Of a stretch of 64,000 nucleotides of DNA, positions 1-10,051 are shown one piece after another. This DNA comes from Dehalococcoidia bacterium (GTDB lineage: Bacteria > Chloroflexota > Dehalococcoidia > Plut-88900): NCBI GenBank assembly GCA_965207225.1, contig CBDBLV010000003.1, positions 32,001-96,000 of the forward strand, in the 5' to 3' direction. A program made the translations under genes and the position numbers. How positions within the stretch are numbered: the first letter of the stretch is position 1; each line of letters begins with the position of its first letter. The notes beneath the pieces are model-generated. The model did not search any database. It was not told the origin of the DNA and saw only the letters and a list, made by a program, of their open reading frames with translations.

Positions 1-306
1 GACGAGGAGCACGCCTTCGGCCCGGCTGCCCAGTTGGTGGCGGAATGGCGAGGGCTGCGCACCAGAGGTGAGGCTTCGGGCGGCCGGGTTGACCGGGCGA
101 AGGCTGCGGTGCGCCGGTGGGAGCTGGAGATAGCCATGCTCGGCGACTACGGCCTGACGCTGCCGCCGGAGACCGAACCCCTGGACGCTTCGCGCAGGGA
201 AGACCACCTGCGGTGGCGGAAGGAGGCGCTGGCAGCGGCCTTGGCGAAAGCAAGGCGGCTGCGCTGGCTGCGGCGAGCACTCACCCTGGGTCTGCGATGG
301 GGGTAG
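1..306 (+). CDS. 3' part of an HTH/coiled-coil element protein; paralog of 63234..>64000
   Basis: Frame 1 is open from the window edge (DEEHAFGPAAQLVAEWRGLR...); bases 1-200 closely match 63798-64000 in direct orientation. Confidence 0.75.
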   Translation, partial: DEEHAFGPAAQLVAEWRGLRTRGEASGGRVDRAKAAVRRWELEIAMLGDYGLTLPPETEPLDASRREDHLRWRKEALAAALAKARRLRWLRRALTLGLRWG

Positions 307-506
307 CCGACTGAAGTAGCTCAAGGCGCCCTTCGCCGTCGGCCAGCAGATCGGACAGTCCGCGGCGGACTCGGCTCTTTCCAAGCGATGGACGGAGGTG
401 GTAGAATGCAACCCGTAGAAGAACGCTCTGTTGGAGGAGCCTCGGAGTGGATGCGCCGGTGTCGGTTGGAGATGGCGCAGGCTCCGGGCCGACTGTCGGG
501 TGAGAT

Positions 507-1286
507 ATGACGACGCCAGACACATTCACCAAAACCGCAGAAGTGCAAGGCGGCTTCCGGCTGCCCGACCCCCCGCAGCGGGAACCGGATGAGATGACGC
601 AGTACGACCAGCTCTTCAAGTACGGCTACTCCCATGCCTTGGCAGTGCATCTGGGCAACCCGGAGACCACCTTGGTGGAGGCGGACCGCTGGATAGTCGC
701 CAGGCCGGAGTTCAACAAGGCCCGCGCCCGGCGTCCCGACCTCTTGGTGGCCTTTGGTGTTGATCCCGAGGTGTATCGCCGGAGCAACGGGTACATCGTC
801 TCGGAGCAGGGGAAGCCGCCGGACTTCGTGCTTGAGGTGGCGTCGGAGAGCACCGGAGCAGTGGACGTGGGGGCCAAACGGGTGGACTATGCCCGTTTGG
901 GCATACCCGAGTACTGGCGCTTCGACGAGACGGGAGAGTATCACGGGGCGAGGTTGGCCGGTGACCGGCTGGTTGATGGCCGGTACGAACCCATACCGAT
1001 AGAGACCGTGTCCGATGGAGTCCTCCAAGGATACAGTGCCGTGTTGGGCCTGAATCTGCGATGGTCGGATGGTGAGCTGCTGTTCTACGATCCTACCACG
1101 GGACGTCCCATCGCCAGCCTGGAAGACGAGCGGCAGGCGCGAGCGGCCGCCGAGTCCCGCGCCGACACAGAGCAAGCCCGCGCCGAGGCCGAAAGGGAAG
1201 GTCGTTCCGCCGCCGAGTCCCGCGCCGAGGCCGCCGAAGCCCGTATACGGGAGTTGGAGGAGCGGCTTCGCGGCCAGGGAGGGTAA
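507..1286 (+). CDS. Uma2-family (PD-(D/E)XK) endonuclease with C-terminal coiled coil
   Basis: RPDLLVAF...PPDFVLEVASEST...KRVDYARLGIPEYWRFD motifs; AESRAEAAEAR tail. Confidence 0.9.
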   Translation: MTTPDTFTKTAEVQGGFRLPDPPQREPDEMTQYDQLFKYGYSHALAVHLGNPETTLVEADRWIVARPEFNKARARRPDLLVAFGVDPEVYRRSNGYIVSEQGKPPDFVLEVASESTGAVDVGAKRVDYARLGIPEYWRFDETGEYHGARLAGDRLVDGRYEPIPIETVSDGVLQGYSAVLGLNLRWSDGELLFYDPTTGRPIASLEDERQARAAAESRADTEQARAEAEREGRSAAESRAEAAEARIRELEERLRGQGG

Positions 1287-1415
1287 ACCTCCGGCTGGCC
1301 TGACGATTGAGAAAATACAGTAAAACCAGGGGGGCACAGAGATGACTAAGGACAGGGGGAATATATCACCGTTGAGAGATGCGACCTCACCAGGTCGCAT
1401 CGTAAACGCCTTCTA

Positions 1416-1436
1416 CCCCCCCCCCCCCCCCCCCCC
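1416..1436 (+). repeat. C21 homopolymer upstream of the giant surface-protein gene
   Basis: 21 consecutive C; preceded by the perfect hairpin ATGCGACCT-cacc-AGGTCGCAT (1379-1400). Confidence 0.9.
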
Positions 1437-1459
1437 GCATTTCGTGGGGGTTCTCTCTC

Positions 1460-4400
1460 ATGAGGCGCCCCTGGACGGCGCTTCTTGCCCTCGCGCTGCT
1501 GGCGGCGTTCGTCACGCTGAGCACGGAGCAGGCTGACGCGCAGCAGGCATCGCAGACGCTGACCAGCAACATCGGCCAAGCCCACTCCAACGCCGACTTT
1601 GACTCCATCGCACATGACAACGCCCAGGCGTTCACCACTGGCAGCGCCGCCCGCGGCTACACCCTGACCAGCGTTGATGTGGTCTTTCGGACGATCAGTG
1701 ATGCGTCTCTTGCTTCGAAGCTGGCGGTCACAATCAACGAGGACTCCGGCGGAGAGCCGGGCACGGTGTTGGGCACCCTGACGAACCCCGGCACGATTGC
1801 CACCGGCACGAACAGCTTCACGCACGCAGGTCTGGAGCTTGAGGCAGGCACCGCTTACTGGGTGGTGGTGGGCCCCGGGGGATATACTGGTGCTCTCACT
1901 GGAATCAACTGGATCTCACTTACAGCTTCGGACGCCGAGGACACTGGCGGCGCGGACGGCTGGAGCATCGGAGACGATGGATATCAGAATGCGGGCGGCT
2001 CTTGGCAGATGATTCAGGGAAGTTGGAACCTGCGAATCACCATCAAGGGCTTCGCCACCCCACCGCCTCCGCTGGTTTCGAACTTCGGGCAGGCGAACGG
2101 CGGCACCGGCAACTTCGTCCAGCACGACCACGCGCAGGCGTTCACGACGGGCGCCAACGCCGGCGGGTACACCCTGACGGGCGTCGACTTCTCGTTTCCG
2201 CAAATCAACGACGGCGCGCTGGCGGGGAAGCTGACTGCCGAGATCAGAAGCGACAGCGGCGGAGCGCCGGGCGCGGTGGTCGCCACCCTGACCAAGCCCG
2301 GCACGATCGCCGCGGGCACGAACAGCTTCACGCACTCGGGCGTGGCGCTCGCGGCGAACACCACGTACTGGGCGGTGCTGGACGTCACGCTGGTCCTGGT
2401 GCCCGGCGCCAACACCATCCAGAACACCGCGTCGGACGCCGAGGACGCCGGCGGCGCGGACGGCTGGACCATCGCCGACGACGGCCACTACCGGACCTGG
2501 AACACCTCGGGCGCCTGGACCTCCTTCAGCCAGTCCCGCAAGATCACCATCCACGGCACGGCCGTCGAGACGGTCGAGACGGAGACCTTCGTCGCCAACA
2601 CCGGCCAGGCGGACGCTGGTTCAGTAAATCTGTCCAACGATATCGCTCAGGCCTTCACCACCGGCTCCAACAGCTTCGGCTACAGCCTGCGCAGCGTCGA
2701 CGTGCGATTCAACGCTATCCAAAGCGGCTTCAGCTCTTCGGACCTCACCGCCAGCATCCACGCCGCCTCCGGAGGGTCTCCGGGCAGCTCGCTGGGGACC
2801 CTGACCAACCCCGCCAGCTTCCCCGTCTCCAGTTCGGACCAGACGCTGACCTTCACGAGCACGGGCATCGACCTTGCAGCGAACACCTCGTACTTCCTCG
2901 TGATCGATATGAGCGTTAGTCGGGGTAGCAGCTCTTTGGATTACACGGTTTCGGACAGCGAGGACAGCGGAGGCCTGCCCGGCTGGAGCATCAGCCGCAA
3001 CTATTTGGATAGACCCGTTGCCTCGACAGGCGGATGGGGCAACGCCCCGAATGAGTCACTGCAAATCAGCCTCGACGGCCTCAGCAAGCCGGAGCCGCCG
3101 CGGGTGAGCATCCTTGGCGGCGGCGCCGTCACCGAGGGCGTCAGCGCCAGCTTCACGCTGAGGGCGGTCCCGGCGCCCACGGCGGACCTGCCGGTGAGCG
3201 TGACCGTGGCCACGACCGGCGACTTCGGGTACGGCGCGCTGCCCACCAGCGTCACCATTCCGGCCTCGGGCACCGCGACGCTGGAGATCGCCACCACCAA
3301 CGACGACGTGGACGAAGCCCACGGCTCGGTCACGGTGACGCTGGTGGACGGGTCGGACTACGACCTCGCCACGTCGCTGGGGACGGCGACGGTCCGGGTG
3401 CGGGACGACGACCCGCCGCTGGTGAAGAACACCGGTCAGTCGAGCGGCCTGGTGCAGGGCCTGCACGTGGACCTGGCGCAGGGTTTCGACACCGGCGGCA
3501 ACCCCTCGGGGTACACCCTGACCAGCGTGGACGTGGCCTTCAACCGGTCCACCGAGGACTTCGGCTCCAAGCTGACGGTCACCGTCCACAAAGGTGCCAA
3601 CGGGGCTCCCGGCACGGTCGTGGGGACCCTGACCAATCCCGACTGGGTGAACCGGCAGGCCGGCACGTACAGCTTCACGCACCCGGGCGTCGCGCTCGAG
3701 GCGGACACCCGCTACTGGGTCGTGCTGGACGCAGCCGGACTCACGGAAGGCAACAGCCAGGTGAAGTTCACGCAGAGCAACTCCGAGGACGAGGGCGCCG
3801 CGCCCGGCTGGAGCATCAACAACGACGCTCGCATCCGCGCGCAGGGGGGCGGCAACTGGATCACCCTGGTCGGCGGCTCCACTCTGTCGATGGGAGTCAA
3901 CGGCCGGCTGCTGCCCCACGCGGACGGTTCCTACACCGTGCCCCTGGACTGGCCGCTGAAGCCGCTCGGTCTGGGCGCGGGCGAGACGTTCCGGCTGCTG
4001 TTCATGACCGAAGACCACCGCGACGCCACCGCCGCCGACATCGGCGTCTACGACGCCCACGTGCGGGAGGCGGCCCGCGACGGGCACGCCGCCGTCCGGC
4101 GCTACGCCGACCACTTCCGGGTGGTGGGCTCCACCGCCGCGGTGGACGCCCGGGACCACACCCGGACCAACCCCAACAACGCCGGGCACACGGACGCGGA
4201 GGTCTGGTGGCTGAACGGCGAGCGCGTCGCGGCGAACAACGCCGGCTTCTGGTCCGACACCTGGGAGAACTGGGCGATGGCGGACCGGCGCTTCGAGAGC
4301 GGCGAGAGGAGCACCTCGAACGACTGGCCGTGGACGGGCACCCGCACCGACGGTGCGAAGGAGGCGAACCCTCTGGGCGCCAGCAACGCCCGGCGCGGAC

Positions 4401-7400
4401 GGTTCTCGACCACCGACGCGGACACCGGCCCCATCAGCTACAACACCATCGCCAGCACCCAGGACCACGCGTTCTACGGCATCTCGCCCCTGTTCCGGGT
4501 CGAGCCCACGCCGGTGAACGCGCCGCCCGGCGAGCCGGCGGTGATGAGCAACCTGGGCCAGGCGGACGGCGCGGCGTTGACCGTGACGACTGCCAGTACC
4601 GTACGTGACCGCGCGCAGTCGTTCCGCACCGGCAAGAACGGCGGCCACTACCGCCTCAACAGCGTCGACGTCGAGTTTGCCGAGATCGGCGACTCCGACG
4701 CCGCCCGTGATCTGAGGGTACAGATCTGGGCCGGCTCCGGCGGCTCGCCGGGCAGCACCGCCGCCGACGTCCTGGCCGACCTGGCGCGCCCCTCCATGCC
4801 GGTGGGCAGCGCCGACCGGACCTTCACCTTCACCTACCAGGGCGACGACGGTTCGGGGCTGCGGCTTGAGCCGAACACCACCTACTGGGTGTATGTATAC
4901 GACGCGTCCGTGCAGCCCAACAGCACGTACACCCTTCGCGCCACCGCGTCGAACTCCGAGCGCCTGCAGGGCCTGCGCCTGCCCGAGGGCTGGAGCATCG
5001 GCGACGGCCACAGTTCCTGGTCGCTCTACCCCAACCCCGCCGTCTCCTGGAGCACCCACTCCGAGGCGCTCAAGATCGGCCTGAACCTGGGGGCCGCCGA
5101 CGCCTTCGTGCAGTTCCGCACCTGCGCGGGCACGGTGTCGGGCAACGACTGCGACACGGGCTGGGTGATCGCCAACTACAACAGGCACGACCCGCCGCCG
5201 ACGATCACGCTGACCGAGGGCGGCCCGGCGGTGACCTACCAGTGGCAGGCGGTGGACCCCCACGAGCGCCGGCACTTCTACGTCGCCAGCCAGGTGGCTG
5301 AGCCGCTCAGCCACTTCGGCGGCTACATCGGGCCGGGCAAACCGGACCGGGACCGGCTGATGTGCCACACCGGGAGCCGCAGCCCCTACAACCTGGGCGA
5401 CCCCATCGTCGAAGGGCTTGGCCGGGATGGGATCAACTTCGGCTACGGGAGCACCGCCGGCCCGCTGCTGGACCGCCACGACGGCTGCCCCTTCTCGTCG
5501 CAGTCCGTCTACGAGAGCGACGCCAACAAGTGGCGTCCGGTGAGCCTCGCCGCGGGCCAGGACAGCGACGCCTTCGACCACGGGACGTTCCTGATCCACC
5601 GGCCCCACGCCGTCGGCCACAACTTCTATGAAAATGGCGTGCTGTACCAGGTGGGAGGCTTCGACTACCCCGAGGTGCGGGTGCCGCTCATCATCAGGGA
5701 CGACGACGAGTGGGAGCAGACCCTGGAGTTCTCCATCGACGACGGGACCACCTGGACGTCCATCGAGGACGGCGGGCTCAATCTGGCCTTCCCGGCCTCG
5801 CTGAACACGGGGCGCAAGGCGCACTACTTCTGGGTGCGGACGAAGAACGACCCGCCGGCGGACCAGGACAAGCGCTTCTCCATCAGCGCCGACTTCGCCA
5901 AGCCGCTGTTGCGGAGCGGCACGTCGGAGTACTTCCGGTCCCACCGGGTCTGGTTCACCAGCCCCGCCGCCTCGCACCTGCACACCTTCAGAACTGACTC
6001 TGCCGTCAGCGCCGGCTCGGTCACGGTCGGCCGCACGCCGGTCCAGGTCGACATCCACGTCGGCGCCAACGTGGTCGGCAACGTGACCTTCCAGGTCGAG
6101 GGCTACAAGCTGTACGAGCGCAGCGACAACCAGATCTCGACGGAGACGCCGCCGAAGACGGTGCGCACCGACAGCTTCAGCTTCCACCGCACGCTGGGCT
6201 CCTGCGTGGGCTGCCAGCGGCTGCTGGGCGACCTGCCCGACCCGGTGGTGGAGCGCGTGGGCGATTTGAGCTACGCCAACCTGTCCGACACGGGCATCGA
6301 CCTGAGCTGGCCGCAGGTGGTCGGCGCCGAGGGCTACGAGGTGCGCTACTGGTCCACCACCTCGCCCTTCCCCGGCGTCCCGGCCGACGAGGCCTGGTTC
6401 GGGGCCGAGCCCAACGACCCGGCCTGGAACATCCGCCACCTGGAGCCGGACACCGAGTACCGGGCGGTGGTCTACTACGCCGACCACGGCGCGACGCAGC
6501 TGAGCACCGCCAGCCCGGTGATTCGCTTCACCACCCTTGCGGCGGGCTCGCCGGTGGAGGCGGAGCCCACGTCGGTGATCGTGGAGCGGGTGCCCGAGGT
6601 GTCGATCAGCGCCGCCGGCGGGACGATCACCGAGGGCGAGGACGCGGTCTACACGGTCACCGTGAACCCCGCGCCCGACGCGCCGCTGGACGTCAGGGTG
6701 GGCGTGGCCGGCCCCGGCTCCGTGGTCGCCGCCCAGCACCTGGGCGAGCGCACGGTCAACGTGCCCACCGGCGGCAGCGTCTCGTTCACCATCCCCACCG
6801 TCGACGACACCGGTTGGGGCTCCAACGGGATGCTCGGCGCGACGGTGCAGTTCGGCGAGGGCTACCGGCTGAACAGGTTCAGGAGCTACGCCTCGGTCTA
6901 TATCGCCAACAACGACCTGCCGCCGCCGCCGCCGGTCCAGCTCAAGCGCGTCTCCGACACCACGGCGACCGTCGCCTGGAAGCCGCAGGGGGACGGCGCG
7001 TCCTACCTGGTCGTCTGGCACGAGAGCTTCACGGGCGTCCCGGTCCTGACGGAAGTCACGACCACCGCCACCGAGCACCAGCTCACCGGCCTTAATCCGC
7101 AGTCGCATTACGTGGTCTCCGTCCTTCACGGGACGACCCAGCTGGACAAGATCACCGTGCGGACCCTGGCCGCCGGCGCGACGCCGAAGACCTTCACGGT
7201 GGACTTCGAGACGCCCGCGCCCAACACGTCCGTGCCGCTGATCAGCGTGACCGCCGACGGCAACGTGACCGAGGGCGGGGACGCGACCTTCACGGTCAGC
7301 GCCAACCCGGCCCCGGCTGCGGACCTGGACGTGAGCGTCACGGTGTCGCAGAGCGACGACTCCGGGATATCCATAGAACATCGGACGGTGACCATCCCGA

Positions 7401-9979
7401 CTGCGGGCTACGCCACGCTGACGGTGGCCACCACCAACGACGAGGTGGACGAGCCCGACGGATCGGTCACGGTCACCGTCGACGCCAGCGCCAACCTCGA
7501 ATACCGGGTGTCCTCGTCCCAGGGGACGGCCGTCGTGGTCGTGTCCGACGACGACGGCGGCTACACGGTCAACCAGGGAACGATCGCCAGGGTCAAGGAG
7601 CTGGCGTCGCAGACGCAGCACGGCGCGGCCCACGTGAACCGCTGGAACCGGGTGCTGCTGGCCTTCGGCGAGCACGACGGGACCGGCGTCACCGGCGGCC
7701 CGATGACGGCGGCCGAGGCCCAGGACATGGCCGACAATCACAGCAGCCCCGTCTGGGACCTGGTGGTCGTCGAGCTGACGGCCCTGGAAGCGGCCGCGGC
7801 ACAGACGCCGCCGCCGCCGCCCACGCCCGAGGTGAGTATCACCGCTGGCAGCGGGGTGACCGAGGGCGGCGACGCCACCTTCACGGTGACGGCCAGCCCG
7901 GCCCCGACCGCGAACCTGGACGTGAGCGTCACGGTGTCGCAGAGCGGCGACTACGGCGCGACCACGGGCCAGCGGACGGTGACGATACCCACCTCGGGCA
8001 GCGTCACCCTGACTGTCGCTACCACCGACGATACTACCGACGAAACCGACGGGTCGGTCACCGCAACGGTGAACGCGGGCAGCGGCTACACGGTGTCCTC
8101 GTCCCAGGGCGCGGCCACGGTCGGCGTCGCAGACAACGACGACCCGGTCGTTGAGGAGCAGACGGGCTACACGGTGGACCCGGACGTGATCGCGAAGGTC
8201 AGGGAGCTGGCGTCGCAGACGCAGCATGGCACGGCCCACGTGAACCGCTGGAACCGGGTGCTCGTCGCCTTCGGCGAGCACGACGGCACCGGCGTCACGG
8301 GCGGCCCGATGACGGCGTCCGAGGCGCAGGAGATGGCGAACCGGCACAGCAGCCCGGTGTGGGACGAGGTGGTGACCGAGCTGACGGCCCTGGAGGCGGC
8401 GGCGGCGCAGACGCCGCCGCCGCCGCCCACGCCTGAGGTGAGCGTCACTGCGGGCAGCGGCATCACCGAGGGCGGCAGCGCCACCTTCACGGTGACGGCC
8501 AGCCCGGCCCCGGCGTCCAACCTGGCGGTGAGCGTCACGGTGTCGCAGAGCGGCGACTACGGCGCCACCACGGGCCAGCGCACGGTGACGATACCCACCA
8601 CGGGCAGCGTCACCCTCACCGTCGGCACCACCGACGACGCCGCCGACGAGACCGACGGCTCGGTGACGGCCACGGTGAACGCCGGCAGCGGCTACACCGT
8701 GTCCTCGTCCCAGGGCGCGGCCACGGTGGCGGTGTCCGACAACGACGACGCCCCCACGCCGGTGGTGAGCGTCACCGCGGGCAGCGGCATCACCGAGGGC
8801 GGCGACGCCGTCTTCACGGTGACGGCCAGCCCGGCCCCGGCGTCCAACCTGGACGTGAGCGTCACGGTGTCCCAGAGCGGCGACTACGGCGCGACCACGG
8901 GCCAGCGCACGGTGACCGTCCCCACCACGGGCAGCGTCACCCTCACCGTTGGCACCACCGACGATACTACCGACGAGACCGACGGGTCGGTGACGGCGAC
9001 GGTGAACGCGGGCAGCGGCTACACGGTGTCCTCGTCCCAGGGCGCGGCCACGGTCGGCGTGGCCGACAACGACGCCGCCCCCACGCCGGTGGTGAGCGTC
9101 ACCGCTGGCAGCGGGGTGACCGAGGGCGGGGACGCCGTCTTCACGGTGACGGCCAGCCCGGCGCCTTCGTCCAACCTGGCGGTGAGCGTCACGGTGTCCC
9201 AGAGCGGCGACTACGGCGCGACCACGGGCCGGCGGACGGTGACGATACCCACCACGGGCAGCGTCACCCTCACCGTCGGCACCACCGACGATACTACTGA
9301 CGAGACCGACGGGTCGGTGACGGCCACGGTGAACGCGGGCAGCGGCTACACGGTGTCCTCGTCCCAGGGCGCGGCCACGGTCGGCGTTGCCGACAACGAC
9401 GACGCCCCCACGCCGGTGGTGAGCGTCACCGCTGGCAGCGGGGTGACCGAGGGCGGGGACGCCGTCTTCACGGTGACGGCCAGCCCGGCGCCTTCGTCCA
9501 ACCTGGCGGTGAGCGTCACGGTGTCCCAGAGCGGCGACTACGGCGCGACCACGGGCCGGCGGACGGTGACGATACCCACCACGGGCAGCGTCACCCTCAC
9601 CGTCGGCACCACCGACGATACTACTGACGAGACCGACGGGTCGGTCACCGCGACGGTGAACGCGGGCAGCGGCTACACGGTGTCCTCGTCCCAGGGCGCG
9701 GCCACGGTCGGCGTGGCCGACAACGACGATGCTGCGCCGGAGGTGGAGATAACCGTCACCGTCGAGGCCGCGTCGGCGGTGGAGGGCGACGTGCTGGAGT
9801 TCCGGGTGCGGCTGTCCGAGGCGTCCACCGAGGAGATCAGGATCAGATGGAACACCGCGCCTGCGTACCACCTGCTGGACGACCGGGCGCACATGACCGA
9901 CTATCAGTACACGGAGGGTGAGCTGGTGTTCGCGCCGGGGGTGACGGAGCTGACGGCGGAGGTGTGGCTGGAGTACTGA
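1460..9979 (+). CDS. Giant secreted repetitive surface protein/adhesin (choice-of-anchor-R-like, Calx-beta-like, FN3 and lectin-like domains), probably 3'-truncated
   Basis: 2839 aa; signal peptide; repeated AQAFTTG..YTLTSVDV and VTEGGDATFTVT..DDTTDETDGSVT units; stops within a Calx-beta-like domain at an att arm. Confidence 0.85.
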   Translation: MRRPWTALLALALLAAFVTLSTEQADAQQASQTLTSNIGQAHSNADFDSIAHDNAQAFTTGSAARGYTLTSVDVVFRTISDASLASKLAVTINEDSGGEPGTVLGTLTNPGTIATGTNSFTHAGLELEAGTAYWVVVGPGGYTGALTGINWISLTASDAEDTGGADGWSIGDDGYQNAGGSWQMIQGSWNLRITIKGFATPPPPLVSNFGQANGGTGNFVQHDHAQAFTTGANAGGYTLTGVDFSFPQINDGALAGKLTAEIRSDSGGAPGAVVATLTKPGTIAAGTNSFTHSGVALAANTTYWAVLDVTLVLVPGANTIQNTASDAEDAGGADGWTIADDGHYRTWNTSGAWTSFSQSRKITIHGTAVETVETETFVANTGQADAGSVNLSNDIAQAFTTGSNSFGYSLRSVDVRFNAIQSGFSSSDLTASIHAASGGSPGSSLGTLTNPASFPVSSSDQTLTFTSTGIDLAANTSYFLVIDMSVSRGSSSLDYTVSDSEDSGGLPGWSISRNYLDRPVASTGGWGNAPNESLQISLDGLSKPEPPRVSILGGGAVTEGVSASFTLRAVPAPTADLPVSVTVATTGDFGYGALPTSVTIPASGTATLEIATTNDDVDEAHGSVTVTLVDGSDYDLATSLGTATVRVRDDDPPLVKNTGQSSGLVQGLHVDLAQGFDTGGNPSGYTLTSVDVAFNRSTEDFGSKLTVTVHKGANGAPGTVVGTLTNPDWVNRQAGTYSFTHPGVALEADTRYWVVLDAAGLTEGNSQVKFTQSNSEDEGAAPGWSINNDARIRAQGGGNWITLVGGSTLSMGVNGRLLPHADGSYTVPLDWPLKPLGLGAGETFRLLFMTEDHRDATAADIGVYDAHVREAARDGHAAVRRYADHFRVVGSTAAVDARDHTRTNPNNAGHTDAEVWWLNGERVAANNAGFWSDTWENWAMADRRFESGERSTSNDWPWTGTRTDGAKEANPLGASNARRGRFSTTDADTGPISYNTIASTQDHAFYGISPLFRVEPTPVNAPPGEPAVMSNLGQADGAALTVTTASTVRDRAQSFRTGKNGGHYRLNSVDVEFAEIGDSDAARDLRVQIWAGSGGSPGSTAADVLADLARPSMPVGSADRTFTFTYQGDDGSGLRLEPNTTYWVYVYDASVQPNSTYTLRATASNSERLQGLRLPEGWSIGDGHSSWSLYPNPAVSWSTHSEALKIGLNLGAADAFVQFRTCAGTVSGNDCDTGWVIANYNRHDPPPTITLTEGGPAVTYQWQAVDPHERRHFYVASQVAEPLSHFGGYIGPGKPDRDRLMCHTGSRSPYNLGDPIVEGLGRDGINFGYGSTAGPLLDRHDGCPFSSQSVYESDANKWRPVSLAAGQDSDAFDHGTFLIHRPHAVGHNFYENGVLYQVGGFDYPEVRVPLIIRDDDEWEQTLEFSIDDGTTWTSIEDGGLNLAFPASLNTGRKAHYFWVRTKNDPPADQDKRFSISADFAKPLLRSGTSEYFRSHRVWFTSPAASHLHTFRTDSAVSAGSVTVGRTPVQVDIHVGANVVGNVTFQVEGYKLYERSDNQISTETPPKTVRTDSFSFHRTLGSCVGCQRLLGDLPDPVVERVGDLSYANLSDTGIDLSWPQVVGAEGYEVRYWSTTSPFPGVPADEAWFGAEPNDPAWNIRHLEPDTEYRAVVYYADHGATQLSTASPVIRFTTLAAGSPVEAEPTSVIVERVPEVSISAAGGTITEGEDAVYTVTVNPAPDAPLDVRVGVAGPGSVVAAQHLGERTVNVPTGGSVSFTIPTVDDTGWGSNGMLGATVQFGEGYRLNRFRSYASVYIANNDLPPPPPVQLKRVSDTTATVAWKPQGDGASYLVVWHESFTGVPVLTEVTTTATEHQLTGLNPQSHYVVSVLHGTTQLDKITVRTLAAGATPKTFTVDFETPAPNTSVPLISVTADGNVTEGGDATFTVSANPAPAADLDVSVTVSQSDDSGISIEHRTVTIPTAGYATLTVATTNDEVDEPDGSVTVTVDASANLEYRVSSSQGTAVVVVSDDDGGYTVNQGTIARVKELASQTQHGAAHVNRWNRVLLAFGEHDGTGVTGGPMTAAEAQDMADNHSSPVWDLVVVELTALEAAAAQTPPPPPTPEVSITAGSGVTEGGDATFTVTASPAPTANLDVSVTVSQSGDYGATTGQRTVTIPTSGSVTLTVATTDDTTDETDGSVTATVNAGSGYTVSSSQGAATVGVADNDDPVVEEQTGYTVDPDVIAKVRELASQTQHGTAHVNRWNRVLVAFGEHDGTGVTGGPMTASEAQEMANRHSSPVWDEVVTELTALEAAAAQTPPPPPTPEVSVTAGSGITEGGSATFTVTASPAPASNLAVSVTVSQSGDYGATTGQRTVTIPTTGSVTLTVGTTDDAADETDGSVTATVNAGSGYTVSSSQGAATVAVSDNDDAPTPVVSVTAGSGITEGGDAVFTVTASPAPASNLDVSVTVSQSGDYGATTGQRTVTVPTTGSVTLTVGTTDDTTDETDGSVTATVNAGSGYTVSSSQGAATVGVADNDAAPTPVVSVTAGSGVTEGGDAVFTVTASPAPSSNLAVSVTVSQSGDYGATTGRRTVTIPTTGSVTLTVGTTDDTTDETDGSVTATVNAGSGYTVSSSQGAATVGVADNDDAPTPVVSVTAGSGVTEGGDAVFTVTASPAPSSNLAVSVTVSQSGDYGATTGRRTVTIPTTGSVTLTVGTTDDTTDETDGSVTATVNAGSGYTVSSSQGAATVGVADNDDAAPEVEITVTVEAASAVEGDVLEFRVRLSEASTEEIRIRWNTAPAYHLLDDRAHMTDYQYTEGELVFAPGVTELTAEVWLEY
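7820..9730 (+). repeat. Intragenic near-identical ~330-bp repeats (Calx-beta-like units)
   Basis: At least 5 near-identical copies of GSG(V/I)TEGG..SSSQGAATV(G/A)V(A/S)DND at DNA level. Confidence 0.85.
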
Positions 9980-10023
9980 TAAAATCAAGAACCTTCGCAA
10001 TTTCCTTCAAGCTGGAGGTATAG
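9973..10023 (+). other. att half-site (A' arm) with orphan recombinase 3' tail (LIKSRTFAISFKLEV*)
   Basis: TGATAAAATCAAGAACCTTCGC is identical to 35943-35964; in frame with type-A recombinase if joined at the core. Confidence 0.8.
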
Positions 10024-10051
10024 TCGAGGCTCAGGAATTTGAGGTGGTCAA

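Noticed and set aside
3056-10000. 2314-aa minus-strand ORF
   Set aside because: Antisense shadow of the GC-rich repetitive gene; R/G/H-rich with no domain motifs.
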